Virus record (IMG/VR): IMGVR_UViG_3300032331_001766
Location: 1 to 64,000 of that record
Strand: one strand, 5' to 3'
Origin: a virus
Length of the DNA: 64,000 nt
Shown here: positions 45,236 through 55,644 of the stretch, piece after piece
Layout of the letters: every line of letters starts with the position of its first letter
How positions within the stretch are numbered: position 1 is the stretch's first letter
Notes under the pieces: generated by a model
Seen by the model: the letters and a program-made list of their open reading frames with translations, nothing else
Database searches by the model: none
Told to the model about the DNA's origin: nothing
Translations under genes and position numbers: made by a program

Positions 45236-45946
45236 ATGATTAATTTAGAAGTTTATAGATCAGGTCCAGATTCAGCAAACATAGAACCTCTTTCTGGTAA
45301 AAGACAGTGGATGGATGATAGTCAAGAAAAGCATGCATATAGATGTTTCCCTTTGAGCCTATCAAATCAACTGGGATGGTCTTTATCTTTTCCAGAAGAT
45401 ATAACATTTATGTGGGATGGTGAAATTACAACATCTTCAGAAAACGTTAAAGTTCTTCAAGGAGAAAAATATTGTAGTACAGCTAGAGGAAATGCAACAA
45501 TTAGCTTTAATACAAATTTAACTTTTAGAACTGATGCAAATCATAGTTTACTATCATATCCAGTACCAAATCATTTTGTAGATGGAGCAACACCATTTAC
45601 AACTTTAATGAGCACATCATTTTTTGAAGGTCAGCTTCCAGTTTCTTGGAGAATTACAAGGCCATTTACACCAATAACAATTAAGGCAAATGAACCTTTT
45701 ATAGCAATTCTTCCAGTATCATTAACAGAACTTCATTCTTCAGTGGCACAAATAAAGCCAATAGATAACATGAAACCAATATATAGAGAAAAGCCATTAA
45801 CGCTTGAAGGAGCAATAGAGGCTGGGAAAAAAGCAGCAGAAAATGGTGGATGGACAGATTACTATAGAGATGCTGTTGATTATATGGGTAATAAATTAGG
45901 TGAGCATGAAGTAAAGTCAGTTAAGCTAAGAGTAGAAGGTCACTAA
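45236..45946 (+). CDS. DUF6065-like protein
   Basis: RxWMD....AYRCxPL...NxxGW. Confidence 0.75.
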   Translation: MINLEVYRSGPDSANIEPLSGKRQWMDDSQEKHAYRCFPLSLSNQLGWSLSFPEDITFMWDGEITTSSENVKVLQGEKYCSTARGNATISFNTNLTFRTDANHSLLSYPVPNHFVDGATPFTTLMSTSFFEGQLPVSWRITRPFTPITIKANEPFIAILPVSLTELHSSVAQIKPIDNMKPIYREKPLTLEGAIEAGKKAAENGGWTDYYRDAVDYMGNKLGEHEVKSVKLRVEGH

Positions 45947-46660
45947 ATGAATAAGATAGGATTTTGGTCAAATCGTATTGCAAATAACGATTCCACTATT
46001 CCTGTTCCCGCAAAGAAAATAATTCCAGAATGGTTTGCAAATGCAAAGAAATATTGGAAAGATGAAAATGATCAAGAGTTTATAGTTGCTCCAGAAGAAA
46101 AGGGTTTAGGGTTTAAATCTTGCCCAGCATTATTAGATATATTTAATTCTGGTTACCTTTTAGTTACACCGTGTGATGTAGTTATATATAAACAAGATAA
46201 TAAAAGATTTGCTGTATCTTCACCAGGCTTTGATGATTTTTGTGAAGCAAGGCCATTTATGGGTGAATTTAATTATCCTCATGGTTATGGAACAGATTCT
46301 TTTCATTGGTTTCCAAACTGGGGATTTGATTTACCAGAAGGATATAGCGCTTTAGTTTTACACCCATTAAATAGATATGAGTTACCTTTTTTAACAACAA
46401 ACGGTATAATTGATAGTGATAGGTATGGCTCTCCAGGATTGATGCCATTTTTTCTTAAAGAAAATTTTACTGGCATAATACCCAAAGGAACTCCATTTGC
46501 ACAAATAATACCCTTCAAGCGTGAAGACTGGAAAGCAGATTACAAATTTTTAGAAGAAAAAGAAATGATTGCAAGACATGAAAAAACTGCAGGTAAATAC
46601 CGTGTTCCATTTGGTGGAATATATAAAAGACATACCTGGGTTCCAAAGAAATACGAATAG
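45947..46660 (+). CDS. DUF6065-like (dUTPase-fold-like) protein
   Basis: PxPA...PEWF, KxCP...D...GY, GIIDxD, IPKGTPFAQIIPFKR. Confidence 0.7.
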   Translation: MNKIGFWSNRIANNDSTIPVPAKKIIPEWFANAKKYWKDENDQEFIVAPEEKGLGFKSCPALLDIFNSGYLLVTPCDVVIYKQDNKRFAVSSPGFDDFCEARPFMGEFNYPHGYGTDSFHWFPNWGFDLPEGYSALVLHPLNRYELPFLTTNGIIDSDRYGSPGLMPFFLKENFTGIIPKGTPFAQIIPFKREDWKADYKFLEEKEMIARHEKTAGKYRVPFGGIYKRHTWVPKKYE

Positions 46661-46668
46661 AGGATGAC

Positions 46669-47346
46669 ATGGATCAAAATTTAGCTTGGGATGAAGGAAT
46701 TAGAACTGCAAGAACTTCTATAACACCTTCAGGATATTTTGGAAACTCTACAGACAATATTGTTGAACTTGAGAATATTGTAACAGAAGAAGAGTGCGAG
46801 TATATCTTAGAGTTTGCTAAACAAAATGAAATTTGGGATGTAACCCGTTCTGCAAAAAATGAAAATGGTAACATCATTTATGATCACAATGTTTGGGCTA
46901 ATCGTGTTGCAACTAAGCCATCTTTAGATCAATGTGATCCAAAAGTTACTGAAATTCTTAATAATATTTATGCAAGAATAAAGCCAAAGATTGAAGAGCA
47001 TTTTAATGTGGAATGTTATCCAACTGGACCATGTGTTGTTAGATGGCCAGTAGGAACAATGCAATGGCCTCATGCAGATAAAGAACTTCATGAGGGTCCA
47101 GATGCTGGAACACCAGGAAACTTTCCATGGTATGACCTAGGAACAGTTATTTATTTTAACGATGACTACGAGGGCGGAAGACTTCATTTTCCAAAACAAG
47201 AAATTGCTTTTAAACCAAAAAAGAGAGCAGCCTACTTCTTTGTAGGAGACTTAAATTATATTCATGGGGTAGATGTAATTACAGATGGAGTAAGATATAC
47301 GTCTCCTTTATTTTGGACAATTACAAAACTGGAGGCAAACAAGTGA
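46669..47346 (+). CDS. 2OG-Fe(II) oxygenase
   Basis: HAD, YFNDDYEGG, HGV...GVRY. Confidence 0.92.
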   Translation: MDQNLAWDEGIRTARTSITPSGYFGNSTDNIVELENIVTEEECEYILEFAKQNEIWDVTRSAKNENGNIIYDHNVWANRVATKPSLDQCDPKVTEILNNIYARIKPKIEEHFNVECYPTGPCVVRWPVGTMQWPHADKELHEGPDAGTPGNFPWYDLGTVIYFNDDYEGGRLHFPKQEIAFKPKKRAAYFFVGDLNYIHGVDVITDGVRYTSPLFWTITKLEANK

Positions 47347-48143
47347 TGTCAAACTTTACAATTAAAACTTTATATCCAAAGATTGATGTTTACAAAGGTT
47401 TGCTTCCAGACCATAAAGAAATTTTTGAAGTAATTAAATCTACAGAAGATACAGAAGGAGAACACTATTTTAATAAGTGGACTCCATGGAGCGCATTTGG
47501 TCTTTACTCATCAACTAAATTTAAGGGTGGAGTCCAAGACCAATTAGGAAAAAATGAAATATTTGATAAACAGTATTGGGCAGCAGAAACAGTTTACGAT
47601 GCATATAAAATTGCAGTAGATGACTATATTGAAAGAAATAATGTTATTCTGCCAGAAGGATCAGAACTTGGCTCTTCCTCTTTTTGTAAATATCATAGCA
47701 ATTTAAATGTTTTAAATAATAACTTAACTATGCAATATCATACAGATTTTAAACAAAGCGAAAAAGATATGCCAGGAAATCAGTTCTTCCTAACCTGTAC
47801 TGTTTATATAAATGATGATTATGAAGGCGGAGACATAGAGTTTTATATTGATGGAGATACAGCAGCTTACAAACCAGAGGCTGGAGATATTATGGTGTTC
47901 CCATCTGGAGAGCCGTATTATCATGGAGTCAAAACAGCAAACAATGGAACTAAATATTTAATTAGAAACTTTATGGTTTACCCAAACCCAGGATCAAAAG
48001 AATGGCTTGAAAATCAAGCTAGATATGGTGCTGTTAAATGGGCAAAGATGGAAGAAGAAAGATTATCTAAAGATAAATATGGCGGAAACATATTTATTAA
48101 AGATGGCAAAAGGGTAGACAGTCCTGAAGAAAGGGATCAGTAA
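47346..48143 (+). CDS. 2OG-Fe(II) oxygenase
   Basis: HTD, YINDDYEGG, YYHGV...GTKY; GGAGG RBS. Confidence 0.92.
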   Translation: MSNFTIKTLYPKIDVYKGLLPDHKEIFEVIKSTEDTEGEHYFNKWTPWSAFGLYSSTKFKGGVQDQLGKNEIFDKQYWAAETVYDAYKIAVDDYIERNNVILPEGSELGSSSFCKYHSNLNVLNNNLTMQYHTDFKQSEKDMPGNQFFLTCTVYINDDYEGGDIEFYIDGDTAAYKPEAGDIMVFPSGEPYYHGVKTANNGTKYLIRNFMVYPNPGSKEWLENQARYGAVKWAKMEEERLSKDKYGGNIFIKDGKRVDSPEERDQ

Positions 48144-48851
48144 ATGGAGATAGTAGCTTTAAAAGACGACGTATTTGTAATAGATGATTTAATTACACCT
48201 GCAGAATGTCAATCAATCATTGCTTATTTGGATGGTATTGTAAATGCTAATTTATTGCAATGGAACCAGATATCATTTTTTGGATCTTTTGCAATGGGTT
48301 ATTGGCCAAGTGATCCAAACTTGTTACACTTTGGTTTACCAGAAGATTATTTTGCACAACTTAAAAAGAAAATTAAAGATGCTGGAGAAGAATGTTTTAA
48401 GCGTGAATTTTCTGAAGTAAGTTATCATGCACAAAAATGGGTAGAAGGCGCATTTGCTGGTTTTCATTCTGACAATAGTCATGAAGATGGTAGTCCAAGT
48501 GCATTTTATAAAAGTAAGTATGCTGGCTTTTTGTATTTAAATGATAATTTTAATGGTGGTTTTTTAAACTTTAAGCATCATGATATTACCATAAAAGCAA
48601 AGCCAGGAAGACTAGCTTTCTTTAAGGGCGGTTATGGGAATGAGCATGAGGTTACTACAGTTAAAGATGGAGAAAGATATACCGTTGGTTCATTCTGGGA
48701 TAATGCTGATGAAGTTTATACACCAGAACAAGTTGCTGAATGGGAAAAAGAATTAAAAGAAACTAGAGCTTCTCAACAAGAAACATACAAGGAATGGGAA
48801 GAAGCCAAGAAAAATGGAATGATCCCACAATATATAGGTAAATATGATTAA
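48144..48851 (+). CDS. 2OG-Fe(II) oxygenase
   Basis: HSD, YLNDNFNGG, HEV...GERY. Confidence 0.92.
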   Translation: MEIVALKDDVFVIDDLITPAECQSIIAYLDGIVNANLLQWNQISFFGSFAMGYWPSDPNLLHFGLPEDYFAQLKKKIKDAGEECFKREFSEVSYHAQKWVEGAFAGFHSDNSHEDGSPSAFYKSKYAGFLYLNDNFNGGFLNFKHHDITIKAKPGRLAFFKGGYGNEHEVTTVKDGERYTVGSFWDNADEVYTPEQVAEWEKELKETRASQQETYKEWEEAKKNGMIPQYIGKYD

Positions 48852-49437
48852 AGAAGTATTACATCCAGAAATTCATTATTATAAAAATGTTATTTCTAAC
48901 CCAAAGGCTTTTGTAAAAGAGTTAGAGGATATGGATAGCTTTCAGTCAACAGTATCTCAAATATCAAAGTGGGAACAGTGGACTGCATCAAATCATGATG
49001 TTGTATATGGATCAGTTAAAAGATGCTTTTTAAATTTGTTTCAAAATACAACAGATGCTGATAGGGTAAATTCAAAGCTCTGCTCTATAGTTGCACACAA
49101 TGTAATTTCTATAGGTGAGCAATATTCCTTAGATTCTGGAATAGACCTCGGATATCTACCAGTATATTTTGGCATTAATAAATATAATGTTGGTGTTCAC
49201 ATGGGCGCACACGTAGATGCATATGATGGGGCTCAAGATGAATCTACTGTTTCTATGGTTATGTATTTAAATGATGACTACGAAGGCGGAGAGATAGAGT
49301 TTCCAGAGCATGGGATATCAATTAAACCAGAAGCTGGAAGCGTAGTCGTATTTGCCTCAAAGGGCGTTTTACATGATCCAAAACCTACAATATCTGGAAC
49401 TAAGTATATGATCCCCATATTCTTTTTCAAAAGATAG
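48844..49437 (+). CDS. 2OG-Fe(II) oxygenase
   Basis: HVD, YLNDDYEGGEIEFP, H.P...SGTKY. Confidence 0.92.
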   Translation: MIKEVLHPEIHYYKNVISNPKAFVKELEDMDSFQSTVSQISKWEQWTASNHDVVYGSVKRCFLNLFQNTTDADRVNSKLCSIVAHNVISIGEQYSLDSGIDLGYLPVYFGINKYNVGVHMGAHVDAYDGAQDESTVSMVMYLNDDYEGGEIEFPEHGISIKPEAGSVVVFASKGVLHDPKPTISGTKYMIPIFFFKR

Positions 49438-49458
49438 ATATTAGTATATAATAAAAGA

Positions 49459-51198
49459 ATGTCATACCAACTTAAAGTAATCAAGGATCAACCAGTAGGG
49501 TTTTGGGCCTTAGATGAAACTTCTGGAACTTCAGCTACAGACTCATCTGGTTGCGGAAATTCTGGCACATATACTGGTGGAATTACAAATGGTCTTATGC
49601 CATTAATTCCAGGCGGACTTCAGGGTTCTTTAATTACTAGTTCAAAATCTATTTCGTTTCCAATAGTAAATAACTATTACGGAAGTTCTGGATATAAAAG
49701 CTTGGCAGATGTAAATTCATTAGATAACGATTGTTCTTTTGAAGTATGGTTTTACCCAAAATTTGCAACAACAAACGAGACTGTCATATTTGGTAACTCA
49801 ACAAATCTAGTTGGTTTATTTTATGATTCTGGAGATATTGTATTTAAATTTGCTCAATATACTGCTAGATATACTTTACAACATATTTCAAAATCTCATC
49901 ATATTGTTGGAACTTATTCACCTTCAGAAATTAAGCTATATATTGATGGTGAGATTAAAGCTACAACATCTATTACAGACCTTCCAAGCCTTTCTCAGAC
50001 TGGTTTAACACTTAACGCTGGTCCAACCATAAGTGCATCAGATTCTTTTGTCATAGACGCCCCTGCGGTTTATAGACATGCATTACCTATATCAAAAATA
50101 ATTAATCATTATTCTGAAATTCAGCCAATACCAGCACATCAAGTTGCATTTCCAGATAGCGGAAGAATATTTGAAATTCAAGATGATAATATATCTACAG
50201 CATATTCATATTCATATCCAGGAAACAAGCCATTAAATTATTTAATAACGGATGGACTTTACTATAATACAGAAGAACAATATATCTCTCTTGTTAAATC
50301 AGATTTAGGTGGGGCATCGTCAATAGAAATTCTTGATTTTATTTCTATCCCTTCAGGAATTGAAGCTAACTCTTCTAAAATTGAATGGAACGGATCAAAT
50401 GGAATTGCAGTTTCAATAAATGATCAGCTATGCGTAAATGGCGGGGAGATTCCAAACTACTCAAAAAATAGCTTTTCTTCAGAAACTGGAATGAACATTA
50501 AGATAACAATATCTTCTTCCGATGTAAGCAAATATATTCCTAGACTATATGGACTTTCAATTACTCTGTACAAGGATCAGACGGTCTTTGCTTCAAATTC
50601 TGCAGACTACATAAATCATTTAAGCACTGAGTCATTTACTCTAGGCAGTAAAAAATATCCAATACTGTCAAGGGATAGCCGAAATGGGGTTAAGACATTT
50701 AGTAGCTCTGGATTTAATTTAAATACAGAAGAACTGATTAGCACGGTAGAATTTTTCTACACCCCCTCAGCTTTGTCTAACAGTGGACTGGTATCTTCAA
50801 TTTCTGGAACAGGGGCTGCTTCAAATTACTCATGGATTACCGCTGGTACCGTAAGCAAGACTAACGTTGCTGGTATATATGTAAATGGTGTAAATAAGAC
50901 ATCTCAGACATTAATATCAAACCTGTTCTCTGCGGGAGAGATTTACCATGTTGTAATTGTATACACTAGCCCTATATCTGGAGCATTAAAATTTAATTCA
51001 TCGGCAGCTGGCTCAGTTTCTTCCACATATCAAAATATTGCCCTGTACCAGACGGCATTTGATGCCACAAAAGTATCTCAGCATTATTCTTTATACACAC
51101 AGAGATCCATATCTTTGGCTGACGATTCGTCAATTACGATGACAGAAAACGGAACCTTTGTATATAACAATGACTGGCTTGTAATACAAAACATATAA
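49459..51198 (+). CDS. LamG/concanavalin-like virion protein
   Basis: Y...V..D.PVGFW.LDE.SG..A.DSSG, FEVW, HIVGTY...LYIDG. Confidence 0.8.
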   Translation: MSYQLKVIKDQPVGFWALDETSGTSATDSSGCGNSGTYTGGITNGLMPLIPGGLQGSLITSSKSISFPIVNNYYGSSGYKSLADVNSLDNDCSFEVWFYPKFATTNETVIFGNSTNLVGLFYDSGDIVFKFAQYTARYTLQHISKSHHIVGTYSPSEIKLYIDGEIKATTSITDLPSLSQTGLTLNAGPTISASDSFVIDAPAVYRHALPISKIINHYSEIQPIPAHQVAFPDSGRIFEIQDDNISTAYSYSYPGNKPLNYLITDGLYYNTEEQYISLVKSDLGGASSIEILDFISIPSGIEANSSKIEWNGSNGIAVSINDQLCVNGGEIPNYSKNSFSSETGMNIKITISSSDVSKYIPRLYGLSITLYKDQTVFASNSADYINHLSTESFTLGSKKYPILSRDSRNGVKTFSSSGFNLNTEELISTVEFFYTPSALSNSGLVSSISGTGAASNYSWITAGTVSKTNVAGIYVNGVNKTSQTLISNLFSAGEIYHVVIVYTSPISGALKFNSSAAGSVSSTYQNIALYQTAFDATKVSQHYSLYTQRSISLADDSSITMTENGTFVYNNDWLVIQNI

Positions 51199-51252
51199 TT
51201 TTGTCATAAGGCATGACAAAAACTAGACTTATATCCAGGATAATGGTAAAAT
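51199..51252 (+). promoter_or_regulatory. head-operon promoter with upstream palindrome
   Basis: TTTTGTCAT-AAGGC-ATGACAAAA then TAGACT-17-TAAAAT. Confidence 0.6.
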
Positions 51253-51260
51253 AAAACACT

Positions 51261-51605
51261 ATGGACTTCAATAAGATAAACACAAAGGTTTTAGACGAAG
51301 AGTCAACGCTGGGCATTTATGTCTGGGAAATGCCAGACGGCAGATGGATTGGCGATGACGACGGCAATTATCTATCTATTACATCTAAAAAGAATAATAG
51401 ATCACGCATGGATGCCTTGGCTAGAGAAGTAAGATCTTATGGAATTCATGAAGGGCAGCCGCTTTTTCTTTCAGCAAGAAGAAAAATTGATGATGAAGAA
51501 TTTCTTTATCAGAGCCAAAGACTTAACCTGGGCTTAGTTCCAGACCCACTCGATATTGGAAATTATAAAGATGAAATGAAAAAGTTAGGTAATCTAAGGG
51601 GTTAA
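51261..51605 (+). CDS. hypothetical protein preceding portal
   Basis: Leaderless ORF. Confidence 0.75.
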   Translation: MDFNKINTKVLDEESTLGIYVWEMPDGRWIGDDDGNYLSITSKKNNRSRMDALAREVRSYGIHEGQPLFLSARRKIDDEEFLYQSQRLNLGLVPDPLDIGNYKDEMKKLGNLRG

Positions 51606-51606
51606 A

Positions 51607-53187
51607 ATGGAATTCATGCATGAAGAAGACTCACAAAATATTATTGATATTTCTAATACTGCAGACTGGTTTTCTTTTAAAAAAGAAATAACAACAAGCA
51701 ACGACCCATTTGCTATAGACGTTGAAGAATTAAAAAAGTTTAAAGGTCTAAGCCCAGCATTTCGTAGAAAAATGAATCGTGATTTTTCAAAGTCATTTTC
51801 TGGAATTGATGGAGTTACAACACAACAGAATTTATTGGCTCAAGCAATTACTGGCTACGCAATGTTCGATCTTATCGAGCCACCATATAACCTAGAATAC
51901 CTTTCAAAAATTTATGAAGTTTCAACATATAACTATGCTGCAATTAATGCAAAGGTCTCTAACATTGTTGGTTTAGGATACGACTTTATTGAAACAAAAA
52001 AAACCAATGATGCGTTTGATGCAATAGAAGATGAAAAAGTTTTGGCTAGAGCACGTAAGAAGCTTGGTAAGCTTAGACAAGATATGCAAGAGTGGTTAGA
52101 TACAACAAACGATGAAGATACATTTACTCAAACTTTAATTAAGGTCTATACAGATTTAGAAGCTACTGGAAATGGGTTCCTAGAAATTGGTAGAACGACA
52201 TCAGGCAATATTGGTTACATTGGGCATATTCCAGCAAAGACAATGAGAATAAGAAGATTGCGTGATGGCTTTATTCAATTACTTTATGGCAAGGCTGTGT
52301 ATTTCCGCAACTTTGGAGACTCAGAAACATTGAGTCCAATTACTTCACAAGAAGAAAGACCTAATGAAGTTATTCATTTTAAAAAGTATACTCCTATGAA
52401 TAACTACTATGGAATTCCAGACATCATTGCCGCACAGACAGCGTTGGCTGGTAACGAATTTTCTGGTAGATATAACCTAGACTACTTTGAAAATAAAGCG
52501 GTCCCAAGATATATTATTACAGTAAAGGGAGCAAAGCTTTCACCAGAATCAGAAAGAAAACTTCTTGAGTTTTTTCAGGTTGGATTAAAGGGCAAAAATC
52601 ACAGATCTCTTTACGTTCCGCTACCAGCAGATACCCCAGACTCTAAAGTTGAATTTAAAATGGAGCCAATTGAAGCTGGCAATCAGGAAGGCTCATTTGA
52701 GAAGTATCGCAAATCAAATAGAGACGAAATCCTATTAGCTCACCGTGTGCCAATTAATAAAATTGGAACCCCAGAAGGACTAAGCCTGGCAAATGCTCGT
52801 GATGCAGATAAAACATTTAAAGAGCAAGTATGCCGACCAGCCCAAATGATTCTAGAAAAGAAATTAAATAGAATATTTGAAGAAAAAACAGATGCCCTTC
52901 TACTTAAATTTAATGAATTAACATTGACTGATGCAGATACTCAGTCTAAAATTGATGAGCGTTATTTAAGAATGCAGGTAATTGTTCCTAATGAAGTTAG
53001 AATTAGAAATGGCTGGATCCCACTTGATGGCGGAGATAAAGTCATAGAATTAAAGCCTCAACAAGCAGCAGAACAATCAGCCCAGGCAGGCAAGACAAGA
53101 GCACGGGATGGTGAAAGAGCTGCAAATTCACCAGATAAATCTGGAGAAGGAAGAAATGCAAAAGGCGACGGGAGCAAGGTAGAGTAA
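51607..53187 (+). CDS. portal protein
   Basis: GNGFLEI, EVIHF, YYGIP, I..AHRVP, PNEVR. Confidence 0.92.
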   Translation: MEFMHEEDSQNIIDISNTADWFSFKKEITTSNDPFAIDVEELKKFKGLSPAFRRKMNRDFSKSFSGIDGVTTQQNLLAQAITGYAMFDLIEPPYNLEYLSKIYEVSTYNYAAINAKVSNIVGLGYDFIETKKTNDAFDAIEDEKVLARARKKLGKLRQDMQEWLDTTNDEDTFTQTLIKVYTDLEATGNGFLEIGRTTSGNIGYIGHIPAKTMRIRRLRDGFIQLLYGKAVYFRNFGDSETLSPITSQEERPNEVIHFKKYTPMNNYYGIPDIIAAQTALAGNEFSGRYNLDYFENKAVPRYIITVKGAKLSPESERKLLEFFQVGLKGKNHRSLYVPLPADTPDSKVEFKMEPIEAGNQEGSFEKYRKSNRDEILLAHRVPINKIGTPEGLSLANARDADKTFKEQVCRPAQMILEKKLNRIFEEKTDALLLKFNELTLTDADTQSKIDERYLRMQVIVPNEVRIRNGWIPLDGGDKVIELKPQQAAEQSAQAGKTRARDGERAANSPDKSGEGRNAKGDGSKVE

Positions 53188-53242
53188 TTATTACTCAACC
53201 ACTTATTTGCCTTTTGATGTATACGAGTATAAAATTAAGCAT

Positions 53243-54562
53243 ATGAATATTGAAAAATCACAATGGTCCAGTAATGGAGATAACTTACATTTATCTATTC
53301 CATTTACTAAGGTTAACCGTGAAAAAAGAACAGTATCAGGCTTTGCTACGCTAGACAATGTTGACCAGACAGGCGATGTTGTAACAGCAGAGGCAAGCAC
53401 AAAAGCATTTGAAGGTTTCCGTGGGAACATTCGTGAAATGCACGGATCGCTTGCAGTTGGTAAAATGTTATCATTTAAGCCAGAGACATACTATGATCCA
53501 ATTTCAAAGAATTTTTATAATGGAATTTATGTAACAACATATATTTCAAAGGGTGCACAAGATACATGGGAAAAAGTTCTAGACGGAACTCTTTCAGGAT
53601 TTTCAATTGGCGGAAAGATTACAGAGTCAGATAACGAAGTCAATAAAGCAAATGGAGAAACTGTTCGTTTTATTAAAGGCTATAGCCTAATTGAGTTATC
53701 AATTGTAGACTCACCAGCAAATGAATTATGTAATATTATTTCATTTGAAAAGGTAAATGGCCAGATGATTGCCAAAGGTATTGCAACTGAAGTTGTAACA
53801 GAAAACATCTTTTATTGCGAAGAAAGCGACTCAGTTTTTGTATCAACAGAAAAAACATTTGATTCACCAGTTTCTGGTAAGCCAGCAACATTAATCGGTT
53901 GGGTTGAAAGTTCAGATACAAATAAGTCAAAAGAAATAGATAAGATTCTTGCTTCATTTAAGAAGTCAAGATTGTCGTTGCCTGATACACAAACAATTGC
54001 AAAACAGGCAAACGCAGAAGGAGGTAATGAAGTGTCAGAAAATACAGAAAACGTAGTAGTTGAAGAAACTACAGCCGTTGAAGAGACTCCAGTTGTTGCA
54101 GAAGAAGCAGCACCAGTTGTCGAAGAAGCTCCTGCAGAAGAAGCAGCAGCAGACGCTCCTGCCGAAACTCTGGAAAAAGCAGCCGACGTATCAGAAGTTA
54201 TGGTTGATGAACCTGATTTTGCAAAAATGTTAGGCGATCTAAAAAACTTTTTCTCAGAAACTCTAGAAAAGTCAAACAGCACAAGCTCTGCTGAATTTAC
54301 AACAGTTAAAGAAACTGTTGAATCATTTAGCAAGTCTGTTGAAGTAAAGCTTTCAGAGCAGGCAGAAGTAAACAGCGCATTAGCAAAAGCTATTGAAGAA
54401 ATCAAGAACACGATTGATGGCGTACAAAAGCGTGTCGATGCAGTAGAATCAGAGACTGCAGTAAAGAAGTCCTCAGATCTTGGCGGATCTCAGGAAGTAA
54501 CAATCAAAAAATCCAAATGGAACGGTTCTTTCCTCGGTTCCGTGAACGAAATATTTAACTAA
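53243..54562 (+). CDS. prohead protease fused to scaffold
   Basis: VSGFAT..NVDQTGD, MH, GFSIGG, ELSIVDSPAN; acidic/coiled-coil C-terminus. Confidence 0.88.
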   Translation: MNIEKSQWSSNGDNLHLSIPFTKVNREKRTVSGFATLDNVDQTGDVVTAEASTKAFEGFRGNIREMHGSLAVGKMLSFKPETYYDPISKNFYNGIYVTTYISKGAQDTWEKVLDGTLSGFSIGGKITESDNEVNKANGETVRFIKGYSLIELSIVDSPANELCNIISFEKVNGQMIAKGIATEVVTENIFYCEESDSVFVSTEKTFDSPVSGKPATLIGWVESSDTNKSKEIDKILASFKKSRLSLPDTQTIAKQANAEGGNEVSENTENVVVEETTAVEETPVVAEEAAPVVEEAPAEEAAADAPAETLEKAADVSEVMVDEPDFAKMLGDLKNFFSETLEKSNSTSSAEFTTVKETVESFSKSVEVKLSEQAEVNSALAKAIEEIKNTIDGVQKRVDAVESETAVKKSSDLGGSQEVTIKKSKWNGSFLGSVNEIFN

Positions 54563-54576
54563 GGTAGGTATAAAAA

Positions 54577-55623
54577 ATGAGCAATGATTTATTAAAAGAT
54601 ATTGCATCTGGTACAACAGCAACAGGTACATTTGCTTCCACTACAGGTGGAACAGGTACTCACGTCGCTTCCGAAAATGGAAACGGTGGTTTGTTAAACC
54701 CAGAGCAATCAGCTCGCTTTCTAGACTACATGTTCGATTCAACCGTAATTGGTAAGGTCGCACGTACAGTCCGCATGAAGGCAGACACAACCGAGATTGA
54801 TCGTATTGGTGTTGGCGAGAAGCTTATGAAGCTCGCTACAGAAGGAGATAACACAGCTACAAATGCTGCAGTTACTTTCTCAAAGATTTCTCTCACAACT
54901 AAGAAGCTTCGCTTAGATTGGGAACTTTCAACTGAGTCTCTAGAAGACAACATTGAAGGTCCAGATCTAGAAGATCACATCGCAAGAATGCTTGCAACAC
55001 AAGCAGGAAACGATATCGAAGATGTTATCCTTAACGGTAACACAGCATTAACAGGAGATGCACTTTACAAGGCATTTAACGGTGTAGTAAAGAAGGCTAA
55101 GACCTATGGTCGTGTAGTCGATGCAGCTGGAGCTGGCATTTCACGTGCCACATTCAACTCAGCACTTAAGGCACTCCCACGTAAGTACAAGCAACGTCGT
55201 ACAGACCTTCGCTTCCTTGCTGGATCAAACTTGATCCAGGATTACTTATACAACACATCACAGAACATTCAGAACGTTAACCCACAGGACATTGCTTCAG
55301 GCATCATCCGTGGAGATGTTCCAGTTCTTGGTGGACCAGCAGGATATGTAGCTCCATACGCATTTGGTATTCCAATCGTTGAAGTTCCACTTCTTCCAGA
55401 AACACAGACTGGTGACTACTCAGCAGCAGCAGGATCACACGGTGACGTGCACTTAACATTCCCAAATAACGTTGTTATTGGTGTTAAGCGTGACGTAACT
55501 GTTTACCGATTCTTCTGGCCACGTAAGGACTCAATTGAGTACACAATGTATACTCGTGTTGGCGTCCAGATCGAACAAGCAGATGCTTGGGTCGTAGTAA
55601 AGAACGTTAAGGTTGCTTCTTAA
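54577..55623 (+). CDS. major capsid protein (HK97 fold)
   Basis: GGLLNPEQ..F, LEDNIEG, ILNG, GIPIVEVP; position; highly biased codons. Confidence 0.92.
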   Translation: MSNDLLKDIASGTTATGTFASTTGGTGTHVASENGNGGLLNPEQSARFLDYMFDSTVIGKVARTVRMKADTTEIDRIGVGEKLMKLATEGDNTATNAAVTFSKISLTTKKLRLDWELSTESLEDNIEGPDLEDHIARMLATQAGNDIEDVILNGNTALTGDALYKAFNGVVKKAKTYGRVVDAAGAGISRATFNSALKALPRKYKQRRTDLRFLAGSNLIQDYLYNTSQNIQNVNPQDIASGIIRGDVPVLGGPAGYVAPYAFGIPIVEVPLLPETQTGDYSAAAGSHGDVHLTFPNNVVIGVKRDVTVYRFFWPRKDSIEYTMYTRVGVQIEQADAWVVVKNVKVAS

Positions 55624-55644
55624 TTAATTTAAGAATTAATCACG

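Noticed and set aside
53812-54411. 199-aa minus ORF and similar antisense ORFs within structural, RNR and tape-measure genes
   Set aside because: Antisense shadows of strongly codon-biased genes.
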